IMG/VR virus record: IMGVR_UViG_3300050159_000048
Reading direction: 5' to 3' (one strand)
DNA: 64,000 bases
Source of the DNA: a virus
Made by a program: the position numbers and the translations under genes. The notes under the pieces were generated by a model. It was not told the DNA's origin. It saw nothing but the letters and a program-made list of their open reading frames with translations, and ran no database searches. Position 1 is the stretch's first letter, and every line of letters starts with the position of its first letter. This document shows positions 39,412 to 49,603 of the stretch, piece by piece.

Positions 39412-41156
39412 TTATGTCTTCACTTACTAGCACCAGCGCCATCTTCCGTATTGATCCGACCAATGCCTTGGTTGAGTACGTCAATAGCATTAAGCCGTAT
39501 CACACAAAGGTGTTAGATGTATTCGTTGAATACATCTACGGTGAGCCAATGAACGTAACCGTGAGTGACAGGATGAGCTGGACGTTTGGAATGGAACCGA
39601 CACCAACCCTGCTGTCGGTTATAAGTGCAAACATTGCAGCAAAAACCCTGACGCTGTCTTTGGAGCCAGTAGATCTGGCTCCAAAGTTGTCAATCGGTGA
39701 CACTTTTACGTTCAAGCAGAGTCCGTATTATGACGGGACTTTCACATTTACTATCGCAGGGCTGAACTACTCGACCGACAATAAGCAGGTTGTTGTCACA
39801 GTATCAAACATGCCTACCCTCGAAGGTAAGAAACAGCCCTCTGATCGATTGTCTAATGCTGCGATCAATCAACTGATTGTGCAGGGGGTTGCAGCATTTA
39901 ACGAACCAGAACGTCAGCCTGTGGTATACACATGCGGCTTCGGCTACGTGTGGGACTTATCAGATCCAGGCAGCGTGTCAACAGCGACAATCACCCACGC
40001 AACCGGCACGGTGAGCCAGCAAGTGCTAGCTATTGCTAGCAATGTAATCACACTAGCTGCTGATTCTAGTGGATTCACATATTCGGCTAACACACCCGTC
40101 GTGTTCTCAACCACTGGCACATTCCCTACAGGAATTCAACAGGGTGGTTTGTACTATGCAACTCCAGCTGGTACAAATATGATTCAAATTTCCGAAACGC
40201 CAGGTGGAGCTGTTATCGCACTTGGGGTGTCATATACTGGTGTGTTGACGGCCAAACCACAAGACACCAACATTAACACCTTTGTTGTCACAGCAGCACC
40301 GTCGTCAAACTACGCAGTTTCAGTGTCAAACTTGGATGCTAACCAACTGGCATTCACACATGCTTACAATATCGTTGGCGTTTCACCAGCCTCCAATTCG
40401 TGGGTATTGCCGGGTAACTTATTGTCACACATTAGTGCTGGTGATAATCTGTACGTAAACAATAATACGGACCCTACATCCAATAAGACGTATTTGGTAT
40501 TGTCAGCCTCGTATAACAGTACTACAGACCAAACCACAGTATTTGCGTCTACGCCAGTATCGGCAGCCGCCACAGTTTCTGGTCAAGCCAGCGTCGACGT
40601 CGAGCCAACCAACGTACCGTCCTGGCCAACTGCCGCCGCGGTAAAGGTTACAACTACCGGCACGCACCCCACCCCTATCACAGGAACTTCAACTTATTAC
40701 TTTGTGCCAACTCCGAAGTATGGCGTGTTTAACTTGTCGAACGTACGGTATCCAACAAAGTATGATGATATCGTAGACTTGACTACCTTAGGAACAGGTA
40801 ATATCGCAATTCACCGCACTGAGCCATTTATTCCTGGTGACCGTGTGACCGTATCTGGTTCTGTCAACGGAAACAATGACGGAACATACATCGTAAAGAC
40901 GATTGTTTCAGAAGGAAGTGGTTATCGGGTATCCGTATATCAGAATGTTAGTAGCAGCACTCCGGTTGGTATGCCTACTGACGGAACGATGTCGTTGGAC
41001 GGTTCGTTTGGTGACCCATTTTGTACTGTTGCTAGCGCTGACAAAATGCATGTGTCCGTTGTGTTTGCGGAGCGCCTGCAGTTCGATTTTGGTGATGATA
41101 CTGACACTGTACCAAACGAGGATACCCCGCAGTTTGACGTTCAGCCGTTCATGTGA
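39408..41156 (+). CDS. Virion structural protein (582 aa)
   Basis: LVEYVNSIKPYHTKV motif; Thr/Ser-rich beta modules shared with the upstream giant ORF; ATG at 39414 is an alternative start. Confidence 0.7.
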   Translation: MIMSSLTSTSAIFRIDPTNALVEYVNSIKPYHTKVLDVFVEYIYGEPMNVTVSDRMSWTFGMEPTPTLLSVISANIAAKTLTLSLEPVDLAPKLSIGDTFTFKQSPYYDGTFTFTIAGLNYSTDNKQVVVTVSNMPTLEGKKQPSDRLSNAAINQLIVQGVAAFNEPERQPVVYTCGFGYVWDLSDPGSVSTATITHATGTVSQQVLAIASNVITLAADSSGFTYSANTPVVFSTTGTFPTGIQQGGLYYATPAGTNMIQISETPGGAVIALGVSYTGVLTAKPQDTNINTFVVTAAPSSNYAVSVSNLDANQLAFTHAYNIVGVSPASNSWVLPGNLLSHISAGDNLYVNNNTDPTSNKTYLVLSASYNSTTDQTTVFASTPVSAAATVSGQASVDVEPTNVPSWPTAAAVKVTTTGTHPTPITGTSTYYFVPTPKYGVFNLSNVRYPTKYDDIVDLTTLGTGNIAIHRTEPFIPGDRVTVSGSVNGNNDGTYIVKTIVSEGSGYRVSVYQNVSSSTPVGMPTDGTMSLDGSFGDPFCTVASADKMHVSVVFAERLQFDFGDDTDTVPNEDTPQFDVQPFM

Positions 41157-41184
41157 TAAATATACCAACCTCTGAGGACCAATC

Positions 41185-41409
41185 ATGACAGACTATCGCA
41201 CAACGGACATCGTATTAGCCGCTTATTTGAAACTATCCGGCTGTCAAATGACCGGAATTGAAAAGCAAGGACAAAAGGGAACTTTCGTGTTCACAGAAGT
41301 AGAGGAGCGCCTAATCAATGCGTATGATTTGGGCAATGCCCGTGTCGAACCAGTAGCTTTTAACAATGCAATCAAGCAACTGACAACGTCAGTACGCCGT
41401 ATTGTGTAA
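41185..41409 (+). CDS. Small hypothetical protein (DUF5659-like)
   Basis: YRTTDIVLAAYL.L.G...F.F pattern; GAGG RBS; late promoter GATAAATA at 41155-41162. Confidence 0.6.
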   Translation: MTDYRTTDIVLAAYLKLSGCQMTGIEKQGQKGTFVFTEVEERLINAYDLGNARVEPVAFNNAIKQLTTSVRRIV

Positions 41410-41437
41410 ATCCGTAAATACATAAAAGGAGCTACAC

Positions 41438-42622
41438 ATGTCGCAAGATTCACTACAAACCACTATTAAAGGTCATTGCAAGATCGTTGACGATCTAGGT
41501 AATGTTCTACTAGACAAAGACAACGCAATCCATCCGCAAAACATGGCGCGTATCATCGCCCGTGCTTTGGCAAACGAACCACATTCAAGCATCTATCGGA
41601 TTGCGTTTGGCAATGGCGGTACCGTAGTTGATGCTGCGTATTCGGTTACGTACAAGACCCCCAACGACGGACAGTCTCCTGACATCGCTACGTGGGACAG
41701 CCGAATCTACAACGAAACGTACTCGGAAGTTGTAGATGATTCCAGCGCTCTGATTGGCACCGACCCTGGTTCCGCAGACTTGAATACGGGCGTTCGTGCT
41801 GGTGGTGGTGCTGTTCCGTCTAGTGATCCGGCAACTGTTGAGCACGTTTCAGGTCCAGGTGTTCGGTCGAGCGAGCTTGGCGTAATGTCTGAGGTTGTTG
41901 TGTCTTGCACCCTAAACGGCAATGAACCACGCAGTCAGTTCATTGCCGATAAGGTTGCCACCAGCACAGAGACGGACTTTGTGTTTGACGAAATCGGTCT
42001 ATATACGGGCGGTGCTGACGCAATTGGCACTAACGGATACCAGCAAATCAAGTTTGGTAATCTGGCCAAGGTTTCGACTGATGCATCAGGCTTACTGCCA
42101 AGCACACAATATTCGTTCAATATTGCAATCAACGGCGGCACACCGCAAACGATCACTTTTACTACCCCAGCTGCAGGTTCTGGAGCTTCGGGTGAAATTC
42201 TGTTTGGCGATTTCTGTCAAGCAATGAACACAAACAGTAGCGCTTGGAACATTATCCCAAGCGCCCCGAATGCAACGTTCACAATTACGGACTTGACGGG
42301 TGGCACATTCTCCACCATCACGGGCGCTCAAACATATGGCACGCTACAGGTGCAGAGTACAACTGCGGGACCAACATCGTCGATTAACCTATCGGGTGCT
42401 AATACCTCGGCTCTGCTGGCCGCTCTAAACACCCCAAGTGGTAGTCAGTTAGTTGCAGCCGTCGACGGAACTGCAGCAGGTCTGCAGAATGCACCAACAT
42501 CACCATTAACACAACGCGAGCGCTTGTTGGCACACTTAGTGTTCTCACCGGTGTTAAAGTCAGCAAACCGCACGCTGTCAATCACGTATACGTTGACAAT
42601 CTCGGTTGGTCGATCCAGCTAA
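41438..42622 (+). CDS. Baseplate/tail-fibre attachment structural protein (394 aa)
   Basis: IKGHCKI, IAFGNGG, FVFDEIGLY, HLVFSPVLKSANR...ITYTLTI; late promoter CGTAAATA at 41413-41420. Confidence 0.65.
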   Translation: MSQDSLQTTIKGHCKIVDDLGNVLLDKDNAIHPQNMARIIARALANEPHSSIYRIAFGNGGTVVDAAYSVTYKTPNDGQSPDIATWDSRIYNETYSEVVDDSSALIGTDPGSADLNTGVRAGGGAVPSSDPATVEHVSGPGVRSSELGVMSEVVVSCTLNGNEPRSQFIADKVATSTETDFVFDEIGLYTGGADAIGTNGYQQIKFGNLAKVSTDASGLLPSTQYSFNIAINGGTPQTITFTTPAAGSGASGEILFGDFCQAMNTNSSAWNIIPSAPNATFTITDLTGGTFSTITGAQTYGTLQVQSTTAGPTSSINLSGANTSALLAALNTPSGSQLVAAVDGTAAGLQNAPTSPLTQRERLLAHLVFSPVLKSANRTLSITYTLTISVGRSS

Positions 42623-42650
42623 AAAAAGGCCCTCTTCTGAGGGCCTTTTT
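42621..42650. terminator. Bidirectional intrinsic terminator
   Basis: A7-GGCCCTC-TTCT-GAGGGCC-T5 between convergent genes. Confidence 0.88.
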
Positions 42651-43020
42651 ATTTTGGCTCTACGTCAGCGCTGTCTGATCCGTTCTTGTTCTTGACGAAC
42701 GAGTTCCAACCAGCCCCACCAAGTAGGTACATTAGATACACACTAAGCATATCAAAGGTCAACGTACCTTTGTCGCTCATAGTGATGATCATCCATGTGC
42801 TAACAGCTACACCAATCAAGTAACCGAGCTTGTACGGAGATGCGCGATTATTTGTTGAATCACAAATTAGGTGTTCAAACCTAACTGTGCTCTTTGGATC
42901 GCGATGCTCAACGTAGAAGATTAGCGTAAGCACGATCAATCCAAATATCACAAACCAGCTTGCGCCTGTGAATGGAAATAGGGTGAGAAATGATTTGACG
43001 TCTGCCACAAAACGATCCAT
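42649..43020 (-). CDS. Small membrane protein with about 3 TM segments, holin candidate (start re-assigned to 43020)
   Basis: Three hydrophobic stretches and a charged C-terminus; GGAG RBS; late promoter CCTAAATA at 43050-43057. Confidence 0.55.
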   Translation of the reverse strand: MDRFVADVKSFLTLFPFTGASWFVIFGLIVLTLIFYVEHRDPKSTVRFEHLICDSTNNRASPYKLGYLIGVAVSTWMIITMSDKGTLTFDMLSVYLMYLLGGAGWNSFVKNKNGSDSADVEPK

Positions 43021-43088
43021 ATTGGTCTCCAGAGTGTTATGGTCCGTCGTATTTAGGTTCAAAATGTAAATAAAGGTAAAGGAATGTT

Positions 43089-43379
43089 ATGCCAGCAGCA
43101 ATCAGAATTGGTGATCCAACATCGTGTGGAGACACAATCGCCGCAGGAAGCGGTAACGTGTTCATTAACGGCATCCCTGCGACTAGGTTAGGCGATGCAA
43201 CAGCGGGCCATCCCTGCGGACCACCAACAGTAACGAACAGTGGTGCTGCTACCGTATTTGTCAACGGGATTCCGCTATGTCGGGTGGGAGACACAATAGC
43301 TCCCCACGGTACCTGCAGTGGCCCTCCGCACCCAGGTAGCATAACCGTTGGCTCATCGGACGTTTTTGTGGAGAACTAA
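43089..43379 (+). CDS. PAAR spike-tip protein (gp5.4-like)
   Basis: PAAIRIGD, PATRLGD and PLCRVGD repeats; late promoter TGTAAATA at 43065-43072. Confidence 0.93.
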   Translation: MPAAIRIGDPTSCGDTIAAGSGNVFINGIPATRLGDATAGHPCGPPTVTNSGAATVFVNGIPLCRVGDTIAPHGTCSGPPHPGSITVGSSDVFVEN

Positions 43380-44038
43380 TGAGTTGCGAACCATCATATA
43401 CCTATCGTCCGACATTTTCGTCTGGTAGTACTCCATGCGCCGCCCCTGCCTACACAACCACACGCAGCCGCGTAACGGTAACACCACCGCCACAAACTGT
43501 TGGTCCACAACCTCTGTTCTTCAGAAGCAAACACCAAAACGCCGAAGCAAACAACATAGCCGTTGAGATGATAAACGGCCCTGGCAGCACAATTCAGCTG
43601 AATGTAGTGTACAACGGAGCCATTGTAAAGTCGTACGGTGGTCTAATTGAAGGTACCGTCGGACAAATCACCATTCTTCGAAACATGATCGAAGTCAGCG
43701 ACCCAAATAATTACATTGAGATGCCTCCTGTTGGGTTTGATATTCTGGATTTGCGAGGTGTGGAAACAGACGGAGATAACATCACCGAAGCGGGTATTAG
43801 CACCTTCCCACGAACGCCGTTAACAGGAGGTCAGGGAGCACCCACAGACGCAAATGTGATTCCAACAATCAGAACTGGGCCAGAACGAACGTTATTCATC
43901 GTGTCCACAGAAGAAGACATCACAGGAGCGCCCACATCTCCTCCCGCCTCTAGGCGCGTACAGCAGTGGAATGGTCATGCATGGATATCGTATTGTAACA
44001 ATGTTGCAGGATCGTGCCCCGGTGAGGGGACCTGTTAA
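43379..44038 (+). CDS. Hypothetical late protein (219 aa)
   Basis: TAATG-coupled to PAAR; Cys at both termini. Confidence 0.7.
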   Translation: MSCEPSYTYRPTFSSGSTPCAAPAYTTTRSRVTVTPPPQTVGPQPLFFRSKHQNAEANNIAVEMINGPGSTIQLNVVYNGAIVKSYGGLIEGTVGQITILRNMIEVSDPNNYIEMPPVGFDILDLRGVETDGDNITEAGISTFPRTPLTGGQGAPTDANVIPTIRTGPERTLFIVSTEEDITGAPTSPPASRRVQQWNGHAWISYCNNVAGSCPGEGTC

Positions 44039-44109
44039 TACGGGTAAAGGACCGCGCGTAAATCCGGTATGTAAATATCTACATGGTACAAGATTATAGG
44101 AGATATACC

Positions 44110-44487
44110 ATGACTCACGTTTCATATCAGCGCCAAGTATCACCAGACTTCCATCACGTTGAATGGTTGGAGTTGTATGGTGACGGCATGCTACACGAGT
44201 GCGCGATTATGAAGCGCACTGCAGACGGCAACGTCCTGTACTTCCGTACTGCCGACCTAGATAACATTGACAAGCAGCGTCTGGCAGAAATCCTGTCGAA
44301 CCGCAACGCCGCTCAACTAGAGCTGTGGGATCTGATGCAAAACATCACGATGCGCAACGGTGTTAATGCTCTGACCTATTTCAACCAACTGGTCAAGTTG
44401 CTGACACCGTCGGGTAAGATTGTTGACCCACGAGCAGGTCAGATCGGTGGCCGCGTAGCAGCTCCGAATCAACCAGTAGCCGCATAA
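44110..44487 (+). CDS. Hypothetical protein (start re-assigned to 44110)
   Basis: AGGAGATATACC-ATG; late promoter TGTAAATA at 44070-44077. Confidence 0.7.
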   Translation: MTHVSYQRQVSPDFHHVEWLELYGDGMLHECAIMKRTADGNVLYFRTADLDNIDKQRLAEILSNRNAAQLELWDLMQNITMRNGVNALTYFNQLVKLLTPSGKIVDPRAGQIGGRVAAPNQPVAA

Positions 44488-44515
44488 AAAAAAGCCCTCC
44501 TAGGAGGGCTTTTTT
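44486..44515. terminator. Bidirectional intrinsic terminator
   Basis: A8-GCCCTCC-TA-GGAGGGC-T6 between convergent genes. Confidence 0.88.
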
Positions 44516-45464
44516 ATTTCGACAACATCGGAATGTATTGGTCAAGAGATTCTTTGATCTTGACTAGTTTGTATTTTCCGAGGAACTTCAAAATGAAGAA
44601 CATCGAGAATTGACGCTTCTTGTCCAGAGATTCAGATACTGATTCCAGGATCAGTTTCCGAATGTTTGGTGGTTGTTTGGCCAAGTTAATCAGCTTCTCA
44701 TTCTCATCAAACAGATCCGCGACCTTGTACGTGATCTTTGAAACCACCTCTTCGCCGTTCTCATCTGTAACAACTGGACCGGGAGCTGTCCACGTTTCAT
44801 TCATCAATTGAACACGTTCGTACGGATCTGTGAACGCTTTCTTGATTCGGTCCATACGCACTCGCGGATATGCGGACTGCACGTTATCGGTGCTGTCCCC
44901 ACGAATACACTTCTGAAATACGTAAAACAGAGGGTCACCATCAAATTCCGACAGCGTCTGTTCCTTATCAGTTGCAGGAGAGACGATGCGGACATTGGTG
45001 TATTGCATCAACTGTAGCAAGTCTGAGTCTGTGCTGATAATGACGATCTCATTGTCATCGCTGGCCTCAATCTGACAGAAGCCAGCGATCAGATCGTCAG
45101 CCTCCAACATATCTTCAACCAACGTAACAATGGTCGTCTGTTCAGCAATCAGTGCCTCAAACTCACGCATGTGAGTCAAGAATCGCTGATACTTCAGCTG
45201 CTGGGCTGGAGTCATGTCTTGCCGACGATTGCCCTTGTACGGCTTCTTGGAGATGCACGCATCGCTGGCGGTATAATCCTTGCGCCAACTCTTGCGGTCA
45301 AACACCATCACAACCTTGTCGGGACGGTGCTGCTTGTAATACTTGTTCAGCATGACCAGTGCTGTGTGAGTAGCTAATCCAGCGAGCGTCTCGTCATCCT
45401 CTTGTCGTTGAACGAAGAAGGTGCGGTACAGCAGATTGGAAATGTCAAAGACGAGGTATTTCAT
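44514..45464 (-). CDS. rnh: RNase H / 5'-3' flap exonuclease (T4 rnh-like; start re-assigned to 45464)
   Basis: LVFDISNL, WRK, YKGNR, EADDLI, STDSDLLQL, GDSTDNV. Confidence 0.93.
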   Translation of the reverse strand: MKYLVFDISNLLYRTFFVQRQEDDETLAGLATHTALVMLNKYYKQHRPDKVVMVFDRKSWRKDYTASDACISKKPYKGNRRQDMTPAQQLKYQRFLTHMREFEALIAEQTTIVTLVEDMLEADDLIAGFCQIEASDDNEIVIISTDSDLLQLMQYTNVRIVSPATDKEQTLSEFDGDPLFYVFQKCIRGDSTDNVQSAYPRVRMDRIKKAFTDPYERVQLMNETWTAPGPVVTDENGEEVVSKITYKVADLFDENEKLINLAKQPPNIRKLILESVSESLDKKRQFSMFFILKFLGKYKLVKIKESLDQYIPMLSK

Positions 45465-45465
45465 G

Positions 45466-45903
45466 TTATACGTAGTCGTTCGTCCGATGTTTATCGGTAT
45501 TCTCAATGGAGATGGCTTCAAGGCGCTCGGTCATGTCGTGATACAGTAGAGCTAACCACTTCTGGACCGCTGTGTCTTCGTCGCGGCCAGTGATACCGTT
45601 CTCCTTCAGATACTCAATGAATGCAGTGTTCCAATCAAGTTCGATCTGAAGCCCACGAGCTTCATCAAACTTGTCGCTCTTGATCTCAACCCAAGGGTCC
45701 TTGCTTGTGTACCTTGCTGCGTCGGCCTCGTCACGCTGACGAAACACGGCAACCTCTTCACTCACAACATTCAGTTCTTGCTTCACTTGGTCGCGTTCAG
45801 CAAGTGCCTCGTTGAGTGCATCGCTGTAGCGCTTAAGCTCAGCCATTGTTTGGTCGGCGCGAATCTTATCACGATTCCACCAATTTGAAATTGCCTTGAA
45901 CAT
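45466..45903 (-). CDS. Hypothetical protein (145 aa)
   Basis: Tightly packed in the operon; coiled coil and ELDWN..FIEYL...G..G motif. Confidence 0.75.
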   Translation of the reverse strand: MFKAISNWWNRDKIRADQTMAELKRYSDALNEALAERDQVKQELNVVSEEVAVFRQRDEADAARYTSKDPWVEIKSDKFDEARGLQIELDWNTAFIEYLKENGITGRDEDTAVQKWLALLYHDMTERLEAISIENTDKHRTNDYV

Positions 45904-45904
45904 C

Positions 45905-46615
45905 TTACACCTTAGGTAGTACGTTGACGCACAGATTGTTAATAGACATCCGCATAATGCCGCGGGATGTCAACTGAAAAGCACCGCCGGTGTTGTGCTT
46001 GAACAGCGCCAACACCGTTTTGATCGGATATTTATGGGTGAAATTCGGCGTAGATCCGTCGAGAGCCTGCAGATCTGCAGCGTCTGCCAACTGGAAGGTC
46101 ATCTTATCCATGTTGATGTCAGCCAACTCCATCGTCACTCCGTCGTCGTTACCGATCAGAGTGATCACATCAGCACCCATGGCTGATGCGCCCTTTTGCA
46201 TGTACGTGATGGCTTCAGGAACAGCGGTAACCTTGATCTTGACGGCGTCGTTCATAGCCTTGGGGGCCTGAATTGTTGCGGGATTGGCACAACGATAATC
46301 AACCTTCAGACCCTTAGCCTTCATGGTTAACGTTCGAGCAAAAAGCGACGAATCGCCTTCGGTTGTGACGTCAATGTCAAAAGTGTCGTGCAGCTTCACC
46401 AGATCCAACCGCGAGGAGAATACGCCAAGCCGATTGAGACCAATCGAGCCAAACGGAAGGTCTGGCACGTTTGCGTCCTGCAAGATAAACACCGTACGTT
46501 CCTCGTCGATCGCTCGAACCTTCCCAGGCTCGATAATCAGACTGTCAATCTTGACGAGGTTTGCCGTTTGCACGGCATTCAAAATGTACCCCAGAGTGGG
46601 TTGATCCATCTTCAT
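45905..46615 (-). CDS. Probable sliding clamp (gp45/PCNA-like)
   Basis: 236 aa with a two-domain alpha/beta pattern, directly downstream of the polymerase. Confidence 0.65.
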   Translation of the reverse strand: MKMDQPTLGYILNAVQTANLVKIDSLIIEPGKVRAIDEERTVFILQDANVPDLPFGSIGLNRLGVFSSRLDLVKLHDTFDIDVTTEGDSSLFARTLTMKAKGLKVDYRCANPATIQAPKAMNDAVKIKVTAVPEAITYMQKGASAMGADVITLIGNDDGVTMELADINMDKMTFQLADAADLQALDGSTPNFTHKYPIKTVLALFKHNTGGAFQLTSRGIMRMSINNLCVNVLPKV

Positions 46616-46642
46616 GGAGTTTTCTCCTTATAGTTTGTCATT

Positions 46643-46671
46643 ACTGTATCAGAATTCCAACAAGCTGTCAA
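46643..46671 (-). promoter_or_regulatory. sigma70-like promoter TTGACA-17-TACAGT for clamp-rnh
   Basis: -35 at 46666-46671 (inside the pol 3' end) and -10 at 46643-46648. Confidence 0.7.
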
Positions 46672-49486
46672 CGAACAGACTTTGCTTGCTCGGAGGTCGC
46701 TTGTTGATTGCCTTCAGGATGTTAGCCAACGGGTTGTCAACGAGTCGCTCGATGTGGGCGTCCACATCCACGTTGCAGTGGATGTTAAACCAAGGTGGCA
46801 CAGTCTCTGTGTCGGTCGGTAGAGCGATGCTCTTAAACCGTCCGTTCTTGTTTTTCAGGTAGTACACCTTAAGCTTCATGCCTGACACAATGGGGGCACT
46901 ATTCTTATCGTTGTACTGCTTGAGGCACTGATTGTAGTGAATGGCAGCAGCGACGTGACCAGGAAGGCGCGTCCCAATGTCTGCATCGTATGCAATTGAG
47001 TAATCCTCCAGCTTCTTGACACCCTTCGGTAGGCCAATTCGTAGAAGATCACCGCCAGTACCCGCGTCAGTTAGCTCCGTCTTGTAGTCCACAATCGACA
47101 CAGAAATGTCTTCCCACGTCTCACCCTTCAGGTATCGCTCGATGAAACCGTTCAACTTCTTGGAGACGTCTGCGGGGAGGGTTGTCTTCTTGGTATCAAG
47201 ACCCATCACCTTCATCTTATCGACTGGCTTACCGTCCAAGTCAACCAAGTGAAGAATGTACCGCTTCTTATCAACGAAGATGCCCTTATCAGACACAATT
47301 TCACGGCCTGCTTTAATAATGTCATCATAGCCGGGAGTGCACAAAAAAGTGTTACGCATGAAGTCCGGATACGACTTGTTGACAATGTCAGCGACCATAT
47401 CAGCGACCTTAATCGCTTCTTCCTGCGAAGTCGCAAATGTGCGGAAATACGTGGAGTCAGTGTCTCCGTAAATGACAGCTTCTGAGTGATGTTTCCCGTT
47501 GAATACTGGACCATCCATGGAGATCAGACGCGCTTCTTCCTCCGTATAACCGCTTTCCATTGCGTCCTTCAACGTCTCGTATAGCGGGAATTCGGAATCG
47601 TAACTATCCCCCAATGCTTCCGCAGCCGTCCGGCATTGGTGCTTCAGGATGATACGTCCAGAGCCAGTGGTAGATTCACCCAACCGCAAGTCGTAGAATC
47701 GGAAGTACAGATTAGTAAGTGCGCCGTATAAGCTGTTCAGCTTGATCTTGTACACATACTGCAGCCGGTCGTAGTAGCCCGCCTTTTCGTAATCTCCTAC
47801 GTCTCCAGCTTCCTTCTTCATCTTCTGGTACTTCTTACGTAGGTCGTACCAGTTAGCCAACAGTCCTGGGATAAAGCCTTGCTTCGTCTGGTCAAACACC
47901 GTACCGTAACCTGAAATAGCCCAGTTACGCTCTGCTAACCAGTCACGCCATTCACTCGCAGGCATCGTCAGCTCGGATTTATCATGCTCAAGCACCATCG
48001 TACATAGTTTGAAGCTACCCGCCGCAATTTCAATGAAGTCCTTGACGTCACTCTTGAACTGACCTCGTAGCGTCTCAGGCGAAATGTTCAGAGATCGAAT
48101 AGCAGACGGATACAGTGAGTTAATGTCGATCGATCCAACCCATTCATGCAATCCAATCTGCGGGAACAGCACCAGAGCTCCGTCAATCGAGCGGTCGACC
48201 TCTGGCTCAGTCACATTGTTGACCACGCGGCGGAGTTCGTGGTGGCAATAGTTGACTAGCGCCAATTCAGCAAGTTTCAGAGTGCCGAGAACGTGAGGCA
48301 TCAGACCTGTTGACAGGTGGTAGTTCACGTTAGCAATGTCGATGTATCCCAGCTTCTGTTCGAATCCGTACAGGATCTCAGTATCTCGGATGTTGTATCG
48401 CACGAAGAACGGGAAGTTTTCACGGTACAATTCACGCAATGTCTTTTCGTACGTTAGCTTAGGCAGCGTTGGTTCACCGGTCTTATCATCAACCAGGACT
48501 TCTTCAGAGATCGCTTCCAACTTATACGACGGCTTTTCGCCTGGTTCGTACTTCTTAACCAAGTTCATGTAGTCGATGCGAATACGACCAACGAGGTCGA
48601 GCGTATTGCCCATCAACTTTCCGTTTTCCTTGTTCTGCACAGCTCGGAACGTAGGGCTTCCATGCATCGGAAAATCGAGACGTTTGAGCCAGCGATACTG
48701 TCCTTGCTTTGCGATTGCAGGGTTCGGATTCTGAGCGTATGTAAGGGACAGCTTGCCGGTGTACTCATTGATTGACTCAGCAGTCTCCAGCGACACTTCT
48801 TGGTTATCTAGAACGCGCACAATTCGTTGCGCAGTATATGGAACGTCGAAGAAGTCACTGTTCCAGCCGCCGATGACGTCACTCTGCTCAATTTCAACGA
48901 GAAAGTTCATGAGGAGTTCACGCTCATCCGCACACACAACATATCGAATGCGAAGGTTCGACATGATCGGGGCATCAGGAGCGCACGTATCAACCTCACG
49001 ACGGAGGCGCTCCTCATCCCACCCCTCTTCGGGCGGAACGCACAACACAACAATCTCTTTCTTCCAGCAATGGATCAGTGAGACGGAGTTGATTGGGGCA
49101 TACGGATTCGTAGCCACCATGTCTTGCACCGTGACGCCCATCTCCGGGTCGTAATCCACCTCGATGTCAAACAGCGTTACGTTCAGCTTCGGAGCAGGAA
49201 TACCGTAATAGTGGTTGGATAACACACGCATCTCGGGGGGAACGTCAGATTCCCACGTGCGAACACGCCGGACGTCAAATTCCTTCTTGGCAGCGTAGTA
49301 TTCCGACGACGTGTCGAACTCAGCCTTCGACACTCTTGTGTCGTAGATGGTACGATACTCCCCATCCTCGTCGTCATAGTAGAAGTAGTACGGAGCAGGG
49401 TAGTCTGTGACGATTCGCTCCGTTTCAGACAATCGTTCCCACACGTAAACGCGATTGTTCTTTGTTACTGCAGAGATATAACTCAT
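46649..49486 (-). CDS. gp43: Family B DNA polymerase (gp43-like; start re-assigned to 49486)
   Basis: Exo motifs FDIE, GWNSDFFDVPY, YNIRD; pol motifs DINSLYPS, KIKLNSLYG, YGDTDS, KKRY. Confidence 0.97.
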   Translation of the reverse strand: MSYISAVTKNNRVYVWERLSETERIVTDYPAPYYFYYDDEDGEYRTIYDTRVSKAEFDTSSEYYAAKKEFDVRRVRTWESDVPPEMRVLSNHYYGIPAPKLNVTLFDIEVDYDPEMGVTVQDMVATNPYAPINSVSLIHCWKKEIVVLCVPPEEGWDEERLRREVDTCAPDAPIMSNLRIRYVVCADERELLMNFLVEIEQSDVIGGWNSDFFDVPYTAQRIVRVLDNQEVSLETAESINEYTGKLSLTYAQNPNPAIAKQGQYRWLKRLDFPMHGSPTFRAVQNKENGKLMGNTLDLVGRIRIDYMNLVKKYEPGEKPSYKLEAISEEVLVDDKTGEPTLPKLTYEKTLRELYRENFPFFVRYNIRDTEILYGFEQKLGYIDIANVNYHLSTGLMPHVLGTLKLAELALVNYCHHELRRVVNNVTEPEVDRSIDGALVLFPQIGLHEWVGSIDINSLYPSAIRSLNISPETLRGQFKSDVKDFIEIAAGSFKLCTMVLEHDKSELTMPASEWRDWLAERNWAISGYGTVFDQTKQGFIPGLLANWYDLRKKYQKMKKEAGDVGDYEKAGYYDRLQYVYKIKLNSLYGALTNLYFRFYDLRLGESTTGSGRIILKHQCRTAAEALGDSYDSEFPLYETLKDAMESGYTEEEARLISMDGPVFNGKHHSEAVIYGDTDSTYFRTFATSQEEAIKVADMVADIVNKSYPDFMRNTFLCTPGYDDIIKAGREIVSDKGIFVDKKRYILHLVDLDGKPVDKMKVMGLDTKKTTLPADVSKKLNGFIERYLKGETWEDISVSIVDYKTELTDAGTGGDLLRIGLPKGVKKLEDYSIAYDADIGTRLPGHVAAAIHYNQCLKQYNDKNSAPIVSGMKLKVYYLKNKNGRFKSIALPTDTETVPPWFNIHCNVDVDAHIERLVDNPLANILKAINKRPPSKQSLFVDSLLEF

Positions 49487-49573
49487 TTTTTCCTTTCTAT
49501 CACCTGTCATTATCACGTCGAGGGTTGGGTCAAATCAAGCGCGGATGTGACAGGGGAGCTATTTATCACGCAT

Positions 49574-49603
49574 AAAAAAAGAGCCCCTTTCGGGGCTCTT
49601 TTT
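49574..49603 (-). terminator. Intrinsic terminator
   Basis: A7-GAGCCCC-TTTC-GGGGCTC-T5 (GAAA loop on the minus strand). Confidence 0.88.

Noticed and set aside
44082..44112. CATGGTA/TACCATG 7-bp stem as a fifth promoter-in-hairpin switch
   Set aside because: The 5' arm lies downstream of TAAATA, so the geometry differs, and the stem is weak
46649..49486. Intein or intron in the DNA polymerase
   Set aside because: Continuous ORF with only short insertions; no intein splice-junction or LAGLIDADG motifs
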